This document shows positions 26,631 to 41,098 of a stretch of DNA of 64,000 bases, piece after piece. The stretch's first letter is position 1. Every line of letters starts with the position of its first letter. Location: the NCBI RefSeq assembly GCF_026210795.1, contig NC_089431.1, positions 806,001-870,000 on the forward strand. The letters run 5' to 3'. The translations under genes and the position numbers were made by a program. The notes under the pieces are model-generated. The model made no database searches, had not been told where the DNA came from, and saw only the letters and a list, made by a program, of their open reading frames with translations. This DNA is from Rhizophagus irregularis. Its lineage: Eukaryota.

Positions 26631-27568
26631 TATTCGATCGTTAAAGCTGCATATGCAGTAGCACGTATACAAGGGGCATGTAATACTATTGAATAATCAA
26701 AAATAATATAAACACCTTTTCTTTTATATAAACACCTTTTTTTTAAAGTTTGGAAAAGCAAATTTATTTTTATTTACGAATTTTTTATTATTTACAATTT
26801 TTATGTTAAAAATTAAAGTAAATTCTAATTTTTATTATAACTTAATAAAAAAATACACATTTGATACTTGTTTGCTACTATTTTATAAAATAGTACCCAG
26901 GCTGTACAGTATGGACGTCAGTATTAGTCACAGCCCAAAAAAAACGTGAGTCTCCAGCCGATATTTGGTACGGACTGGGCTTAGCTACTCACTTAATAAA
27001 TAATAAAAAAATAAAAATAATTATCTTCTTTTACGATACGTAGGTAAGTTTCTCCTTACCTTACGATCGTTATGCATGACTAAAATTAATCAAATTTATC
27101 AAATTTAAAACATAAACGTAAATATTAATTATAAATTTTATTATAGTATAATTACCCAGTCTTTCCCAAAATCTCGTTCTAAATTCACGATAATATCTTT
27201 GATTAGTACGCGTTCACAGCCGCCGCCCAGGGTTACCATTACGATAAAGGACATAGTTCTAAATATCAAAATCAGTTTGAATATTTGATAAATACATTTA
27301 ATTTATATGAATGTAATTTTATTTATTTACTTACATGGTAATCCCTGACGAGGTTTCTCCACTTTTAGCTGCACTGTTGCCCAGAAACCCTTATTCGAAA
27401 TATTCTATTTATTTTGATTCAATTAAATGGATTGGTTAATTTGAATTTAAATTCTTTCTTAAAGAAATTATAGATATTAGTCATATGAACCTATTGGCAA
27501 CAGAGTCCCAAAAATCATGGCGGCTTCTACCATTAATATTGTGGTAGGTGCGGTTTCTGTCTCGGTGT

Positions 27569-28057
27569 CACAGGTCGAAAAGTGAAAAATCAGGCACCAA
27601 TTGGTGCCTGATTGGCATTTTCGCCAAATATCGTCACCAATCAGGCAGTTTGCTAACTTTTGATCCAGTGATCAGAAAAGGATGAAATATAGCTCATTGG
27701 AATCGCCTTAGCAAGACGAATCTAATGGTAATAAAATCGCATTTCTAGGATTAATACTTGATGAGAAATTAAGTAAAATATAAAAATAAAAATGTATCAT
27801 TTATATTTTATTTAATTATTTATTAACTATTAATCCTAGAGATGCGATTTTACTACCATTAGATTCATCATGTTGAGACGATTCCAATCTATATTTCATT
27901 CTTTTCTGATCACTGGATCAAAAGTTAGCAAACTGCCTGATTGGTGACGGTATTTGGCGAAAATGCCAATTAGGCACCAATCGGTCACCAATCAGGTACC
28001 TGATTGGTGACCGATTGGTGCCTGATTGATGCCTGATTTTTCACTTTTCAACCTGTG
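27569..28057. mobile_element. Palindromic CACAGGTCG-type MITE (CACTA family)
   Basis: TIR CACAGGTCGAAAAGTGAAAAATCAGGCA. Same family as 36886-37754. No matching TSD (TGT/CAT). Confidence 0.85.
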
Positions 28058-31000
28058 CATATGTCAACAAGTTCGTCTATCATAGCCCAGTTCTAATAGG
28101 CGTTATAATGAGAATGATGTGAACATGTGTGGTGAGGCATTATTATATTAGATTTGATTTTTATAATTTGATTTTGGGATGAGTAAAAATTTGAAAGAAA
28201 GTCGTAAAATGTCACTTTAAATAAAATTTGAACAATACCTCTTTGGTTTGATTTTATTTCTCGTTTCAATTAAAATTTAATTTATTAGACTTTTCATCAT
28301 TAAATATACTATTAATTAAATCTCATGCGGATATGGATTATCTAATTATAAATATGATTAAATCAAAAAATAAAAAAAATCTTAGTTTGATTTCAATTAA
28401 AAATAATTGAAAATCATGTACATATTTAATTGTTTTAAATATAAATATTAATATATCATATTTAAAAATAAAACAATTTATTATTAGCACATTCTATTGA
28501 ATTTTAAATATTTTGCATACATTTCTTAAAAAAATTAATTTTTTTTTAATCAATTTAATTAAAATTAATTGAAAATTATGAATTATTTTAAATATAAATA
28601 TCAATATATTATATTTAAAAATAAAACAATTTATTATTAGCACATTCTATTGAATTTTAAAAAAATCAATTTTTTTCTTTAAAAAAAAAATCATCAATGT
28701 ATCATATTTAAAAATAAAACAATTATATTCTGATTAAATATTTTGCGTACATTTCTTAAAAAAATCATAAAAAAAATCTTGTACATCGTACATGCAATTA
28801 CTAAATATCATCCTTTTGTGATAAATAAAAAATTACACAACACAAATTCAACACAAATTCAACATAAATTTATCAAATTTAACAAAATTTGGCCAAAATT
28901 AATAATTTTTTACCAGAATTATCAACACAAATTGAACACAAATTGAACACAAATTTCAGTCACGATTTATTTATGTCACACCCGCGTTGTTAATAATTAA
29001 ATAAATAAATCTGCATTTTATTTATGATATGGAAAATGTAACCATAAATTCTTTTAAGGATATAATTATATTAAAATAAATCAAAACTCCTATATCAAGT
29101 GACTAAAAAATATATTTATTTACAAAATTTTCATTTTGTTTATCAAATCGGGATACTATGTAAACGACATTATGTATAGACTCTATAGCTACAAAGTTAT
29201 ATAATTCTATCAATTTTAAGTGAGGACATCCATATAAATATGGGTTCCTTTTAGATTTAAAATCGTACCATTGAATTAATGCGAGATTTAGCGGTAGGTC
29301 TGTTAATACTTCTGCTAACAATAAGGCTTATAAATAATAAATATTTATTAATACTTTTATAATAAATTATTACATAAATTGGAAAAATACCTGTCTATAA
29401 CAAAGTCCTTTGTCTGATATATAATCATTTGATTCTTCAGAATCCATTGAAATAGCTATGTCGCTAAACCATACTTTATTATGATACCTGTTTGTGATAC
29501 GCATTATGGTACCATTTTCCAGTATTACTGATCCGTATATGTTTATTCGGGTTTTACCAATAATTGTAAAACCATTAAGTAAATCTAGATATGAATCCAG
29601 ATAACCTATAAATCTAGCAAAACTGGTCTGCATTTTATTGTCTACAGAATTTTTTTTTCATTAAAAAATGTATTTGCATCTTGTAAAGAGAATTCAAAGA
29701 GTCTTGCAGAAAATTTACAAGTGCGAGGTGTTTTTGCCGGATTCACTGAATGTTGAGACATTCTAATAGATATTACTTGATGTTTTATCTATTAATTTAA
29801 TTTCCATCTTAAGTTATATAATAAATATATACAATAAATAAATTTCCAAATACTTACAGTTCGTAAAAGCTGAGGTTTGACATCTTTTTTATTGCTAATT
29901 CGGTAAGGTATTTTAACGAAATATTTATGAAGATTTTCGTAAGTTTCTGTGGTATAGTCATTTATTGCACCATAAGATCGTATTGAGTCAATAATGTGAT
30001 AAACCCATGAATGCAATTTAGGCAACTTCAAATTGGAAGGAGAAACAAATTTAAAAGCCTTGACAAACATCCGGGCCCATCTATGTATTGCATCCTAAAA
30101 TTTAAATGTTAATTTAATTTATTTAATTTAAATTTTCAATTTTACTAAAATTTTAATACATACATTAAATTTCTCCAAGTCACTTTCACTAAATTCTTCA
30201 TATCTACTTAAAATATACATTTCATTCCAATATTTGTACAATTTCGCAAGATCATCATTATTTACAAAATTATCTACTTCGTTATTATTTTCATCATATA
30301 AATTATCAATAACAAATATCATAACTTTTATCAAACTTCGATATTCATTAGCAGTTAATCTTGCAATTGACTGCAGTCCATTGGAAAAAATTTTAATGGT
30401 GGGAAAACGTGGAATTGCTGCTAGACGGCGATCTACTTCTTCAACTAATTTATTACCATTAACATGTTGCAATTTTAAAATATTGCATGTGAAGATAATT
30501 TGATAACGAAATAAACTCAAATCTAAATGATACATTCTGTCAGGAACAGTAGTCAAGTAGATATTTATATTCTTTGATAATATAAATATTTATAATTAAT
30601 ATATATATATGTTATTATAATTATTTCTACTTTTGCATACTTATGGCAAATCCCAAAAAAAATTATATACAGATTCTATGCAAACAGATTTTTGTGTATC
30701 ATTTTCAAAATATTTACATATTTCATCATGAGTTCTTAGTATTACATCATTAACTGATAAGTCTATATTTGCAAAATTGTCCCTTTTAATTAAACAGGAG
30801 TAATATGAAAGGCTTGAATTGGAGGATTTATAAACTAAATAAAAACTTGCGGCTTCTGGCTAATCTGCAATAGAGCTCTGAATGGGTCAGGTAGGATCGG
30901 GTAATTGACTTAACCCAACCTGAGGGGGAGTCACAAATTTGATGATCTGACCCGAATATCACGGATCAGTTCAGGTACTTGACCCGACCCATTGACCTGA

Positions 31001-31910
31001 TATTTTAGATCAAAAAAAAAATGTTTCGGCATTTTTATATATCAAATTATAAGAAAAAACTCTAAACGTTTTTTTTTTACAATTATTTTGTGAAAAAAAA
31101 CGTTTCAGCATTTTTTTTACATATTAGATTATGCCAAAATGTTTTTTATATCGGGTTGGGTTAGGTACCCGACCCAACCTGTTGATGTTTAAAAAAAAAA
31201 ACATTTTTTTGATTCATTTAATGAAAAACGTCGGGTTGGCTTTTTTTCATTAAAAAAACGTCTTTTTTGATTTATTTAATGAAATAACATCGGGTTATAT
31301 AAAAAAACGTTTTTTTTATTCATTTAATGAAATAATGTCAGGTTCGGCATTTTTTCATTTAAGAAATGTTTTTTTTATTCATTTAATGAAATAACATCAG
31401 ATTCGGCGTTTTTCATTAAAAAAAACGTTTTTTTTATTTATTTAATGAAATAACGTCGGGTTCAGCATTTTTTCATTAAAAAACATTTTTTTTTATTCAT
31501 TTAAGTGACAGTTCGGTACCCAATAGGTGAAATTTAATAATAACGGTTTACACAAATCATTGCCAAAAATGGCTAAAACCCGATTTTTGTTAGATCGACA
31601 TCTTCTCACGTGATATTTAATGAAAATTTTGAATATAGCAATAAATAGTGTCAATCCTAGCCAAGTCACTTGCAAAGTTTAAAATCGCTAAAGTTCATCG
31701 TCATCGACTTTACTATGGAGGAACATGACATTCCGACCGCAAATTTCCAGCTGATTCAAATATTGAGTGAAATATTTTTGAATAATTTTAACCACAACCG
31801 AATTGTATTTGGTTTTTATTTGGTTTTAAAGCCTTTATTTAGTTTATTTATTAGTTTTTGCGTATAATTTCTTGTATTTCGTTCTAATATACAATTTACA
31901 TTTCTGCTTA

Positions 31911-34900
31911 TTATAAAGAATTCTCATCACGAATATCTTTTATCATGTTTTCTGTAGCTTGTTCTTTGAAGGTTCGTGCATAAGTTGAAATCCAATTTTG
32001 TATTGTTGTTATCTTAGGGACATCTTCAGCTTCTAATTCTCCGGATTCAACAAATTTCATCAATTCATTATACATATCCTTTGCTAACATCTTATCTTTT
32101 TGGTTGAGATTTCTATTCAAGAAAAAACTTTTTAACAACTCCTTTACTTTCTTTTTCATCCTTTTTCCTTTCCCTTTTCCTCCAAATTTTTGATTGCTTT
32201 TTAGCGCCCATCCCATAGGAAATTGAAATTTTACGTCAATAGAACTAATTCAATACAAAACATGTAAGAAATTAATTTGAATTATATTTGTTTTAAGCTT
32301 CACATTATTTACCTTGCATCTTCTAATTCATCATTTTCATTATTATTATCCATAAATTCTGGTACAATAGGATCAACCGTATCTGTATCTATAGAATGCA
32401 TTAGCCAAAGGCTCTTAACGAACCTAAAAAAAATATTTTTTACAATTGATCACCTGGCAGAGTTGGAATTGGAATTGTCCAAGCTGATTCAGGTTCAGTT
32501 TGTTCAGAAATTTTTGGATGGGGACGAACAATTGGTTTGGTGCAAAGTTTGGCAATTGTAGAAGGAGGGAAATTGTTCCATGGTCGAAAATGTGGGAGTG
32601 ATCGTGCACATATGTAACCTATCATTTCACCAGAAACTGGCCATTTCCAATAAAACAAGTTTGAAATGCCCTTTATCGTTTTGACATTTGATCCCAATTG
32701 ATCTCAATCTGGTTCTAAATTTGCCAATGATGTACCAGATAAATGTTTAGCCGCCTCCACTATATCTTTTCCTTCACGAACATCATATCTAATTCAAACA
32801 TATCTTCTAATTGAATGGGCAATCTAAAGGTAAATATGATTTTAATGTGTAATTTATTACATAGCAATAAGCAATAGAATACTTACTGCAGCATGATGGG
32901 AATCAATAGTTGTTTTAGCTTCGCCTGGTTCAAGAAACTGCCAATCACGAACTTCAATTTGGTACCATTCATTCCAATGTGCAATTATAGCCATAAGTTC
33001 TAATGAATGATAATGTGCTCCATTGTCTGACATTATTCTGATCCATTTTGGTTTATGTTTTATTGTTTCAAAAACAGCTTCAAATGAAGAGGCGGTAAAC
33101 CAAGCATCTTGCTTAGTATCAGTTGACCAGTGATCATAAGCTCTTATCTCTAATTCCTCACAATTTTCTTTTTTTCTAAACATTAAGATCGTATGAAGGG
33201 TCCATCCTCTTTTACCAAAAAACTCTGCCTTTGTTTCTCGAGCAAATCTTGGCAAAATTCTCATCTTGTAATTAGCAACAAATAATGCACCATCCTCATC
33301 AAGACTTGCCAAAGTAGCTTTAAATTGAGAATTCAAATATATCTTTCGTGTTGAATGGGCCAAATAATACTGTAAGTGTTCTTTAGTTTCTTCTAAAGTA
33401 GCTATTTGATCTTCTTTTATATGTAGATGCATGAATTCAAAAAATTCAAAAAATTGGTCACATTCTGAGCATCGTGAGTTATGATTTTCAAGACAATTTC
33501 CAAAAGCATATGGCAAACAATGAGAAATACAAGAATCATGTTTTGTTGTACCATCAGCATTAACCACTAATTCTCTTTCATAACCACGACGCAGATGACG
33601 TTTCAAGGCATCAATTTTTTGTAATACACTATTCTAATGATGTGATAAATAGGTAAATTACAATTATTATGTATTTTATTACAATAATATATTTATCAAA
33701 GAATATTTTTTTACTTACTAGTTGATCCTTTTGTAAAAATGTATTGCGTGCAATAGCTATTAAGGATTCAAATGGAATATAGCCATAATCATTACAGGTA
33801 AGACAAAGTCCACCTATATCATCTCGATATTTAATATTACTGCAGTTTGCTAATCGACCCATAAATGATGTTTTTTTCATTCCATTAGGAAAAGTTTCTT
33901 CAAATTTTTTCCACAATTTAATTTTTTGATCACGCATATATAATATTGGTAATCCATTTTTATTAACCCAATAAGAACTTTGTGTAACTATACTTCGATC
34001 TTGAAAAAACATTAAAAATTGTTTTTCTTTAACTTCTGACATACATTTAACAGTTCTTTTTGTTTTTACTAAGGTTGGTACTTCTGGACCATATAGTCTT
34101 GCGTGTTTTTGTGTAGAATTGACTATATCATTTTCTACCTGATGAAAATAAAGAATTGAAAATCAATGATGAAGAATTGGGATTGATGACAAAGAAAAAT
34201 TAGTGATTGGTGATGATGAAGAAATTGGAGATTGGTGACAAAGAAAATTTGGAGATTGGTGACATGACAAAGAAGAATTGGTGACGAAGAAGAAATTGGA
34301 GATTGGTGATGAAGAAGAATTGAAGGTTGGTGACGAAGAAGAAATTGAAGATTTGTGACGAAAAAGAATTGAAGGTTGGTGACGAAGAAGAAATTGGAAA
34401 TTGATGGTAAAAAGGTTTTACCTTAAGCTTTTCTTTGAGTTTTTTATATATAAAATTTTCAGCAATAATTGAAAGAATTCTTATTTTTCCATCAATTCCT
34501 CTTTTATTTGCCTTTAAAGCTTCTTGCAGACTTTTCCAAAGTATTTCACCTTCACTATCAGGCTGAAAAGAAGATTTCTTTTCTACCAACAATAACATTC
34601 CTGATTTATAAAGATTTGCTAAATTGTCTCTATCAGATAAAGGCGATCATATGTTGTTTTTTTGTAAATGGAGTAATATTAATACAACCAGAGGCACGAA
34701 ACATTGCTCGCCATGCACCTAATTCTTTTTCTTGAAACTGATAATTAGCTGGATAGATTTGAAATAAAATATTAGGAAATTGAATTATTGTATTATTTTG
34801 TTCGTACCAATTCTTAAATAATTTTGACCAATCTGAAAATGGACTGGCAATTTTACGAGTTTTTATTTGTTGTCTAAATATAAGATTCAATTTATCAATA

Positions 34901-35690
34901 TCATTCCAATCATTGCTCGTACATGTGATTGAATTATTTCTTAACTTGTCCAATTCTTGTTGAACATATGAATTGGTAATTCCAAATAAAGCTGCCCCGT
35001 CAAACTTGTTAAGAATATTAATAGACTTCCAAATTTCGTCAGGAGTAATTCCTTCGTTATGGTATTGATTAATATCGCCATCATAAACATCTAAATTACA
35101 ATTATCTTCTATAGATTGTACAAAAAGTGATTGTTTGCCCTTATATTTTATTATAAGTGTAGAAAGAAATCCTGGACCAGCACCGTAACAACCTTTATGA
35201 GATGAAATACCAATTTGACTAACCACAATTAAAATTCGATCTATACGAATAAAAATTGGAATAAATAAAATATCAGACAATAATTTATTAATAATTATTT
35301 CATCATCAAATCCCATAACAACCATTCCCGAATAATCTGTCTTATTCTTTCTAAAAACTTGTTTATACGTGTTGTTAATAGTTGCAGAAGCTGATTGTTG
35401 AATTCCAGAATCTTTGCCATTACAAAGACAACGAAAACTTGGCTTGTGTGTTTGTTTATTATCAAGAATTGTTATTGCAAAGTTCTCATCATTTAAACAG
35501 CAATTAATAGACATAAATATTCGATAGGGTATTGCTTTAATGCAGATTTGATTAGACTTAACGCTAGTTTCGCTAGTTTGGTCAAATTTGTGTGGTTCCC
35601 ACCAATATCGTGCATGAATACCATAATGTAAGTCTTGTATAATATCTCCCTTGGCTAGAAGAGTTATTGTATACTGTTTTTTTTACTCAT
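31911..35690 (-). pseudogene. Sola3-like DDD transposase with N-terminal FYR-like region, multi-exon, degenerate
   Basis: NYKMRILP..ETKAEFFGKRGWTLH, MSDNGAHYH and FLEPGEAKTTIDSHH, preceded by a Cys/His cluster. The family assignment rests on recalled motifs plus the TTAA TSD. Confidence 0.6.
34160..34410. repeat. Intronic ~20-24-bp minisatellite
   Basis: Repeated gaagaagaaattggagattggtgac-like units. Confidence 0.8.
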
Positions 35691-35978
35691 TAGAAAAATT
35701 TTAATATAAAAAACGGAACATTCCAAAAAACGGTTTTTTTATTAATACAAAGCCCGTAAAATTAATTATAGATTGCCGATCATTTTATCCTAATGAGTGA
35801 CGATTTATCCCTTAATAAAATAACATCAGTTTCAGCGTTTTTTCATTAAAAAACGTTTTTTTTGATTTATTTAATGAAATAACGTCGGGTTTGGCGTTTT
35901 TTCATTAAAAAAAGACATTTATTATTATTATTTTTATGAACAAACGTCGGATTCAAGTCAAAAAAAATGGGTTGGCAT

Positions 35979-36294
35979 TAGAGCATTAGAGGTACGATCC
36001 GAGTTCTAAAAGACCATCCGGATTGAATTCGGATGCTCATTAGCACATCCGGATTCAATCCGGATCGTCAAACTAATCTTAATTCTGGCTGAAATTGTAA
36101 TTTTGGGCGGAATTGAAGTTTCAATAACAAGAGTTAGCTCTGTCTAAACTTTTAGTACTGGCCCAAGCTAACTATAATGCTGGTCAGAATTAAAAATCGG
36201 ATCAATCCGTCAAAAATAATCGGATATGAATATCCGATTTCAATTCGGATGAACGGATCAATCTGAATTGACCGGATTACGGATCGTAGTACTA
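35979..36294. mobile_element. hAT-type MITE nested in the hAT element
   Basis: 8-bp TSD GTTGGCAT on both sides. Ends are TAGAG..TACGATCCG / CGGATCGTAGTACTA. Confidence 0.75.
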
Positions 36295-36885
36295 GTTGGC
36301 ATTTTTTATATATAAAAAATGCCAAAACGTCTTTTATTGACCCAAAATATATCAGGTCAACGGGTCAGGTCAGGTACTCAACTTGTGACTAACCTGACCT
36401 GAGGTCAGGTCATTAAATTTGCTACCCGACCTGAATTTTTTGGGTCAACCCGCTGGGTCACCCGGGTTGACCTGACCCGTTCAGAGCTCTAATCTGCAAT
36501 AATAGTTAAAACTCTAGGATAAAACCAGGTATTTTCATTATTTATAAAAAGGTCTATACCATCTTTTAATAAAATAATTAGTTCTAGTAAATGATGTAAA
36601 GATTTATGAAAAATATCACGAACCAGATCTTTATTTGCAGCTTCTAAAATTGGTAAATATTCCAAAAGTTGCTTTGCATCCTGTTTATTACGATGCCATA
36701 TTGGGATATTGCCTAATGTAATATATATTGGATGCAATTGACTTTTTCCTAATGTATCTGTGGTTGTTGCATCTGAATATAAAATAATTGATAATAATTT
36801 GGAACCAGTAGGTAAGGATTCTTGCATAGTTTTCCACCATTTTCCAGTGTTTTGCTCACCGTAAATACTTTCTCCATTATACTAT

Positions 36886-37754
36886 CACAGGTCGAAAAGT
36901 GAAAAATCAGGCATCAATCACACAGGTCGAAATTAGTTAAATAGGGTATCAATAGGTTATCAATAGGTTATTAATCGGCTATCAATAGGCTATCCTATTG
37001 GTAGCCTATTGAACTTGCGCCATAATCCGTCACCAATCGGGCAGGCTCATTGATAACCTATTGATAACCTATTAATACCTTATTGATAACCAATTTGATA
37101 AAAATACCAATAGGATACTAATAGGTTATCAATAAGTTATTAATTGGCTAACAATCAGCCTGCCCGATTGGTGACGGATTATGGCGCAAGTTCAATAGGC
37201 TACCAATAAGGTAGCCTATTGATAGCTGATTGATAACCTATTGATAACCTATTGATAACCTATTGATACCCTATTTAACTAATTTCGACCTGTGTCAGTC
37301 ACCAATCGGTCACCAATCAGGTACCTGATTGGTGACTGATTGGTGCCTAATTGGCATTTTCGCCAAATACCGTTACCAATCAGGCAGTTTGCTAACTTTT
37401 GATCCAGTGATCAGAAAAGAATGAAATATAGCTCATTGGAATTGTCTCAGCAAGACAAATCTAATGGTAGTAAAATCGCACCTCTAGAATTAATAGTTAA
37501 TAAATAATTAAATAAAATATAAATGATACATTTTTATTTTTATATTTTACTTAATTTCTCATCAAGTATTAATCCTAGAAATGCGATTTTACTACCATTA
37601 GATTCGTCTTGTTGAGACGATTCCAATGAGCTATATTTCATTCTTTTCTGATTATTGGATCAAAAGTTAGCAAACTGCCTGATTGGTGACGGTATTTAGC
37701 GAAAATGCCAATCAGGCACCAATTGGTGCCTGATTTTTCACTTTTCGACCTGTG
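36886..37754. mobile_element. CACAGGTCG-type MITE with 3-bp TSD TAT
   Basis: TAT-CACAGGTCGAAAAGTG ... CACTTTTCGACCTGTG-TAT. Confidence 0.92.
36921..37294. mobile_element. Second, fold-back CACAGGTCG-type MITE nested in the first, TSD TCA
   Basis: TCA-CACAGGTCGAAATTAGTTAAATAGGG ... CCCTATTTAACTAATTTCGACCTGTG-TCA. Almost fully palindromic. Confidence 0.92.
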
Positions 37755-39449
37755 TATAAAATAATATAAATAAATTAAAATAAATATTATTTAAATTATT
37801 GGATTAAATAATATTTGGCATTTACCTCAAAGTTTTCGTAAGATAGCGCAAAATTTTGTGTTATGTCAGGAATAGCTAAAATATTTTTGATGCATTGTAT
37901 TACATTTTGATAATAAAGAAAATAATCTTTATCCTTATGTTTTGTTATGAGGACTTTACTAAATTCTAAATTAGAAAATTTCATGTTATTCATAAATGTT
38001 CGTCTTTATTCAATATTTTTTGGTAATGGTGATTCTGTAAAATTTGAATGTTTATTAAAAAATCGTATTATTTCATTACCACCTTTATTGTTTATTTTGT
38101 ATTTCGTTACTAATAACATTAGATCTTTATAAGCATCATTAGGAAATTCTGTGCAAGTTTTGGAATTAGGATTTTCAGATTCTTCAAAAATTTCAGGCTC
38201 TTCGGAAGAATCTAATATATTTTCAAAGTTATCTTCAAGGTTTATCACTGATATTGCACTTCCAATACTATCAAAGGACATGTTTTGTGCATCATTATCA
38301 TCATCCACCTAAAATTATAAGCTAAATGAGTTAGTATATCTGAGCTTTTTCTTAAAAGCTCCAAAAAGAATAATCTGGAATACATAATTACCTCAACTTT
38401 ATCATTTTCATATTCACTACTTTGATTACTTCTTGTATCCATTTCACTGTTATATTTTTCACTATCGTTATTTTCATCATCTTCTACTTCTACATTTTTT
38501 AAGCATTTCTAGGCGTGTTGAGTATATGCAAAGCATTGACTGAATATTCGCATACAAAGGGCATTTGAAACTCATGTTGCTAATTAATGCGTCAAATTTG
38601 ATGAAAGCATCGATTCACTATTCAATTTATATGAGATTTCGTATGCTAACAAAATTTTGAGTAGATACGACTACGCATTAACGAATGGCTGTAAGAATCC
38701 GGGTGGCTAATATGGCTTATTCAATTGGCTAATCATCCACAAATTTACGCATTAACGGGCTATAAGAATCTGGGTGGCTAATACAGCTTATTCAATCGGC
38801 TAATCATCTGAATTTCATCACTAATTTGGACAGATAACCAGCACAAATTTATGCGATAATCAGTTATAAGCGCTATCAATCTGATCAGCCAATTGGCTTT
38901 AGCAGTTTACTGGCTGCAACTTTTTTTTGCTATGCATAAAAGCCCCAATATGTGTAACATGTTATTTTTTTTATAAATGGGTGTTGATTAATACTTCGAT
39001 TGTACTATATGCTTTTACGAGAGTTTTTTTAAAATTCTCTCATGAAAGTGTTACAATTTTTTTTTCGTAATATCACAATGCAAAATTTTTGCATTAGTTC
39101 ATTCATTTTTCGTAATATTTCGCATTAGTTCATCCATTTTTCGCAATATTTTGCAAGTTTTTTTTCTTTTTTAGTATAGAATGATGGAAATGACGTTATG
39201 ACAGCTTGCCTCTTTTTTCTAAACCTCTGGTTTATGTATTCCCCCTTTTTCGTATTTTTAGTTCCTCATTTTCAAATTTCTGGTCCATGTTTTTCCCCTT
39301 TTTCTCATATATTCTCCTTTCGTATTTCTAGTTCCTCTTCAAATTTCTAGTAATATCTCTTTCTCCTTTTTGAGTTTAGTTTATATCTCCTTCCTCACAT
39401 ATTATCCCGATAGCTACAAAATGTGGCAAAAAATAAAATATTGATGATA

Positions 39450-40811
39450 ATGAAAGAATCTCAAGACGTAATACTGAAAAGAGTAGTGAAGCTGAGAAAT
39501 GAATAAGATTATCAGACGATAACGTCGAAAGTATATATGACATGATATGTATTATATTCTTTATAAGAAATTATATAATATATAGTTAAATTATATTTTA
39601 TTGTTAAAGTTAATAAAAAAACAATAGAAAAACTATTAAGAACCAATTTGCAAATAATTTTTAAGCTTGAAGTTCTTATCACCGGATAAAAAAATCTTGA
39701 AATTTGTCTCTCGGGCATAGAAAAAAAGCTCAACGATAATAACAAAAATAATAATAATACAATAGATCTGGAGTATGTAAAGGTAATAAAGATGAATATT
39801 ATTTAATGTAAACCTGAAATGCTAACTTTGTTTGATTAGGAGTTCGTTAAGAAGGTGTCAAAAATTTTATTTGAAAATTTTGTTTATCCTTCACAAGACG
39901 AATACAAACTCGCTACTGAAAAATATTTAAAAGACGAAAATCTGGAATTTATATGCCAGTTCAAAAAAAATCAATGGATTATTTTTTTGAAAAAAAATTG
40001 CCCCGACTGTAAGTTAAAGCAATTATGAATTTTATTAAATTTCATACTAACATTTTTTTTTAATAGTTAGTACAACAACATAAAAGCATACGAGGGACAT
40101 TCACATCTAGAGTTAAAGACGTTATGTATTCTGTTTTTGAAGAGACTGGGCATAAATTACCATCTATTAACACTCAGGCTAGTCCATCAAAGATTCAGGA
40201 ATGGAAGAGTAAGGCGGAAGTGAAAAGATGTTACAACAACCTATTTAAAAAGGTTAAAGATAGGCAACCTACGACATATATGTCGCTGATAATTGATAAG
40301 TTGTAAAAAGAAAATAAAAATCCCTCAAAAATACAAATAGCGTATGTGATTAGCATATGTGAAACGTACTTAAATCCTAATAATCAAAACATTCAAATGA
40401 GCGAAAGTATAATGAAGTCAAAGATAATCAACAACTTAGTAAGTTTTTAATTTACAATTTGCAAAATGTGAATTATTTGAATTACAGTTTATTTATTTAT
40501 TTATTGATTTTTAGCAAAAATTGGAAAATAGGGATAAATTTATACATTCAGACGACGATTCTCATGATGGTAATGATGTAGATGATGGTAGTGATGGAGC
40601 AGCTGATGATAGAGCAGGTGCGGCTGGCGATGGTGCGACTAACGATGGTAGGTTTAACGATGGTGCAGCTAACGATAGTGCAGCCAACGATAGTGTGGCC
40701 AACGATGGCATAGCTAACGATGATATACTTTCTATTGACTCTTATAACACGGAGGAGAAAGGTCAGTATGTAAATAGTTTATTAGAGAATTATGGGTTGC
40801 ATAGGAAATAA
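39450..40811 (+). pseudogene. Degenerate multi-exon accessory gene of the Plavaka element; start approximate
   Basis: Exon-like ORFs at 40124 and 40521 with GT-AG introns and an acidic tail, divergent from the transposase. Confidence 0.45.
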
Positions 40812-41098
40812 ATATTATTTTTTATATATATCACATATAATAGCATTTTTTTACTATAATAATATAGTTTTAATAAATAAAATGGTTATTAATTCTTAAC
40901 AACACAGGTATGACATAAATAAATCGTGGCTGAAATTTGTGTTCAATTTGTGTTCAATTTGTGTTGATAATTCTGGTAAAAATTTGTTAATTTTGGCCAA
41001 ATTTCATTAAATTTGTTAAATTTATGTTGAATTTATGTTAATTTATCACGAGAGGATGATATTTAGTAATTGTGCATATACAATTTCTATACGATATA

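Larger units (their letters stand above)
31505..35811 (-). mobile_element. Sola3-like DNA transposon inserted at TTAA inside the hAT element
   Basis: TTAA on both sides (31501-31504 and 35812-35815) interrupts a hAT internal repeat unit. Imperfect TIRs GTGACAGTTCGGTACCCAATAGG vs GGGATAAATCGTCACTCATTAGG (rc). Confidence 0.7.
30871..36491. mobile_element. Non-autonomous hAT-type element
   Basis: TIR TAGAGCTCTGAA(T/C)GGGTCAGG. 8-bp TSD ATCTGCAA at 30863-30870 and 36492-36499. gacccg-type subterminal motifs. Confidence 0.92.
29103..38575 (-). pseudogene. Plavaka transposase, multi-exon, interrupted by a hAT element and MITEs
   Basis: LSIILYSDATTTDTLGKSQLHPIYITLGNIP, IIAD|xPEAA, VPDRMYHLDL, KLPKLHSWVYHIIDSIRSYGAINDYTTETYENLHK, LALIQWY. 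Confidence 0.85.

Noticed and set aside
27228..27347. Tiny CAGGG(A)TTACCAT inverted-repeat element, hAT-like
   Set aside because: Short imperfect TIR and no TSD; too weak to call.
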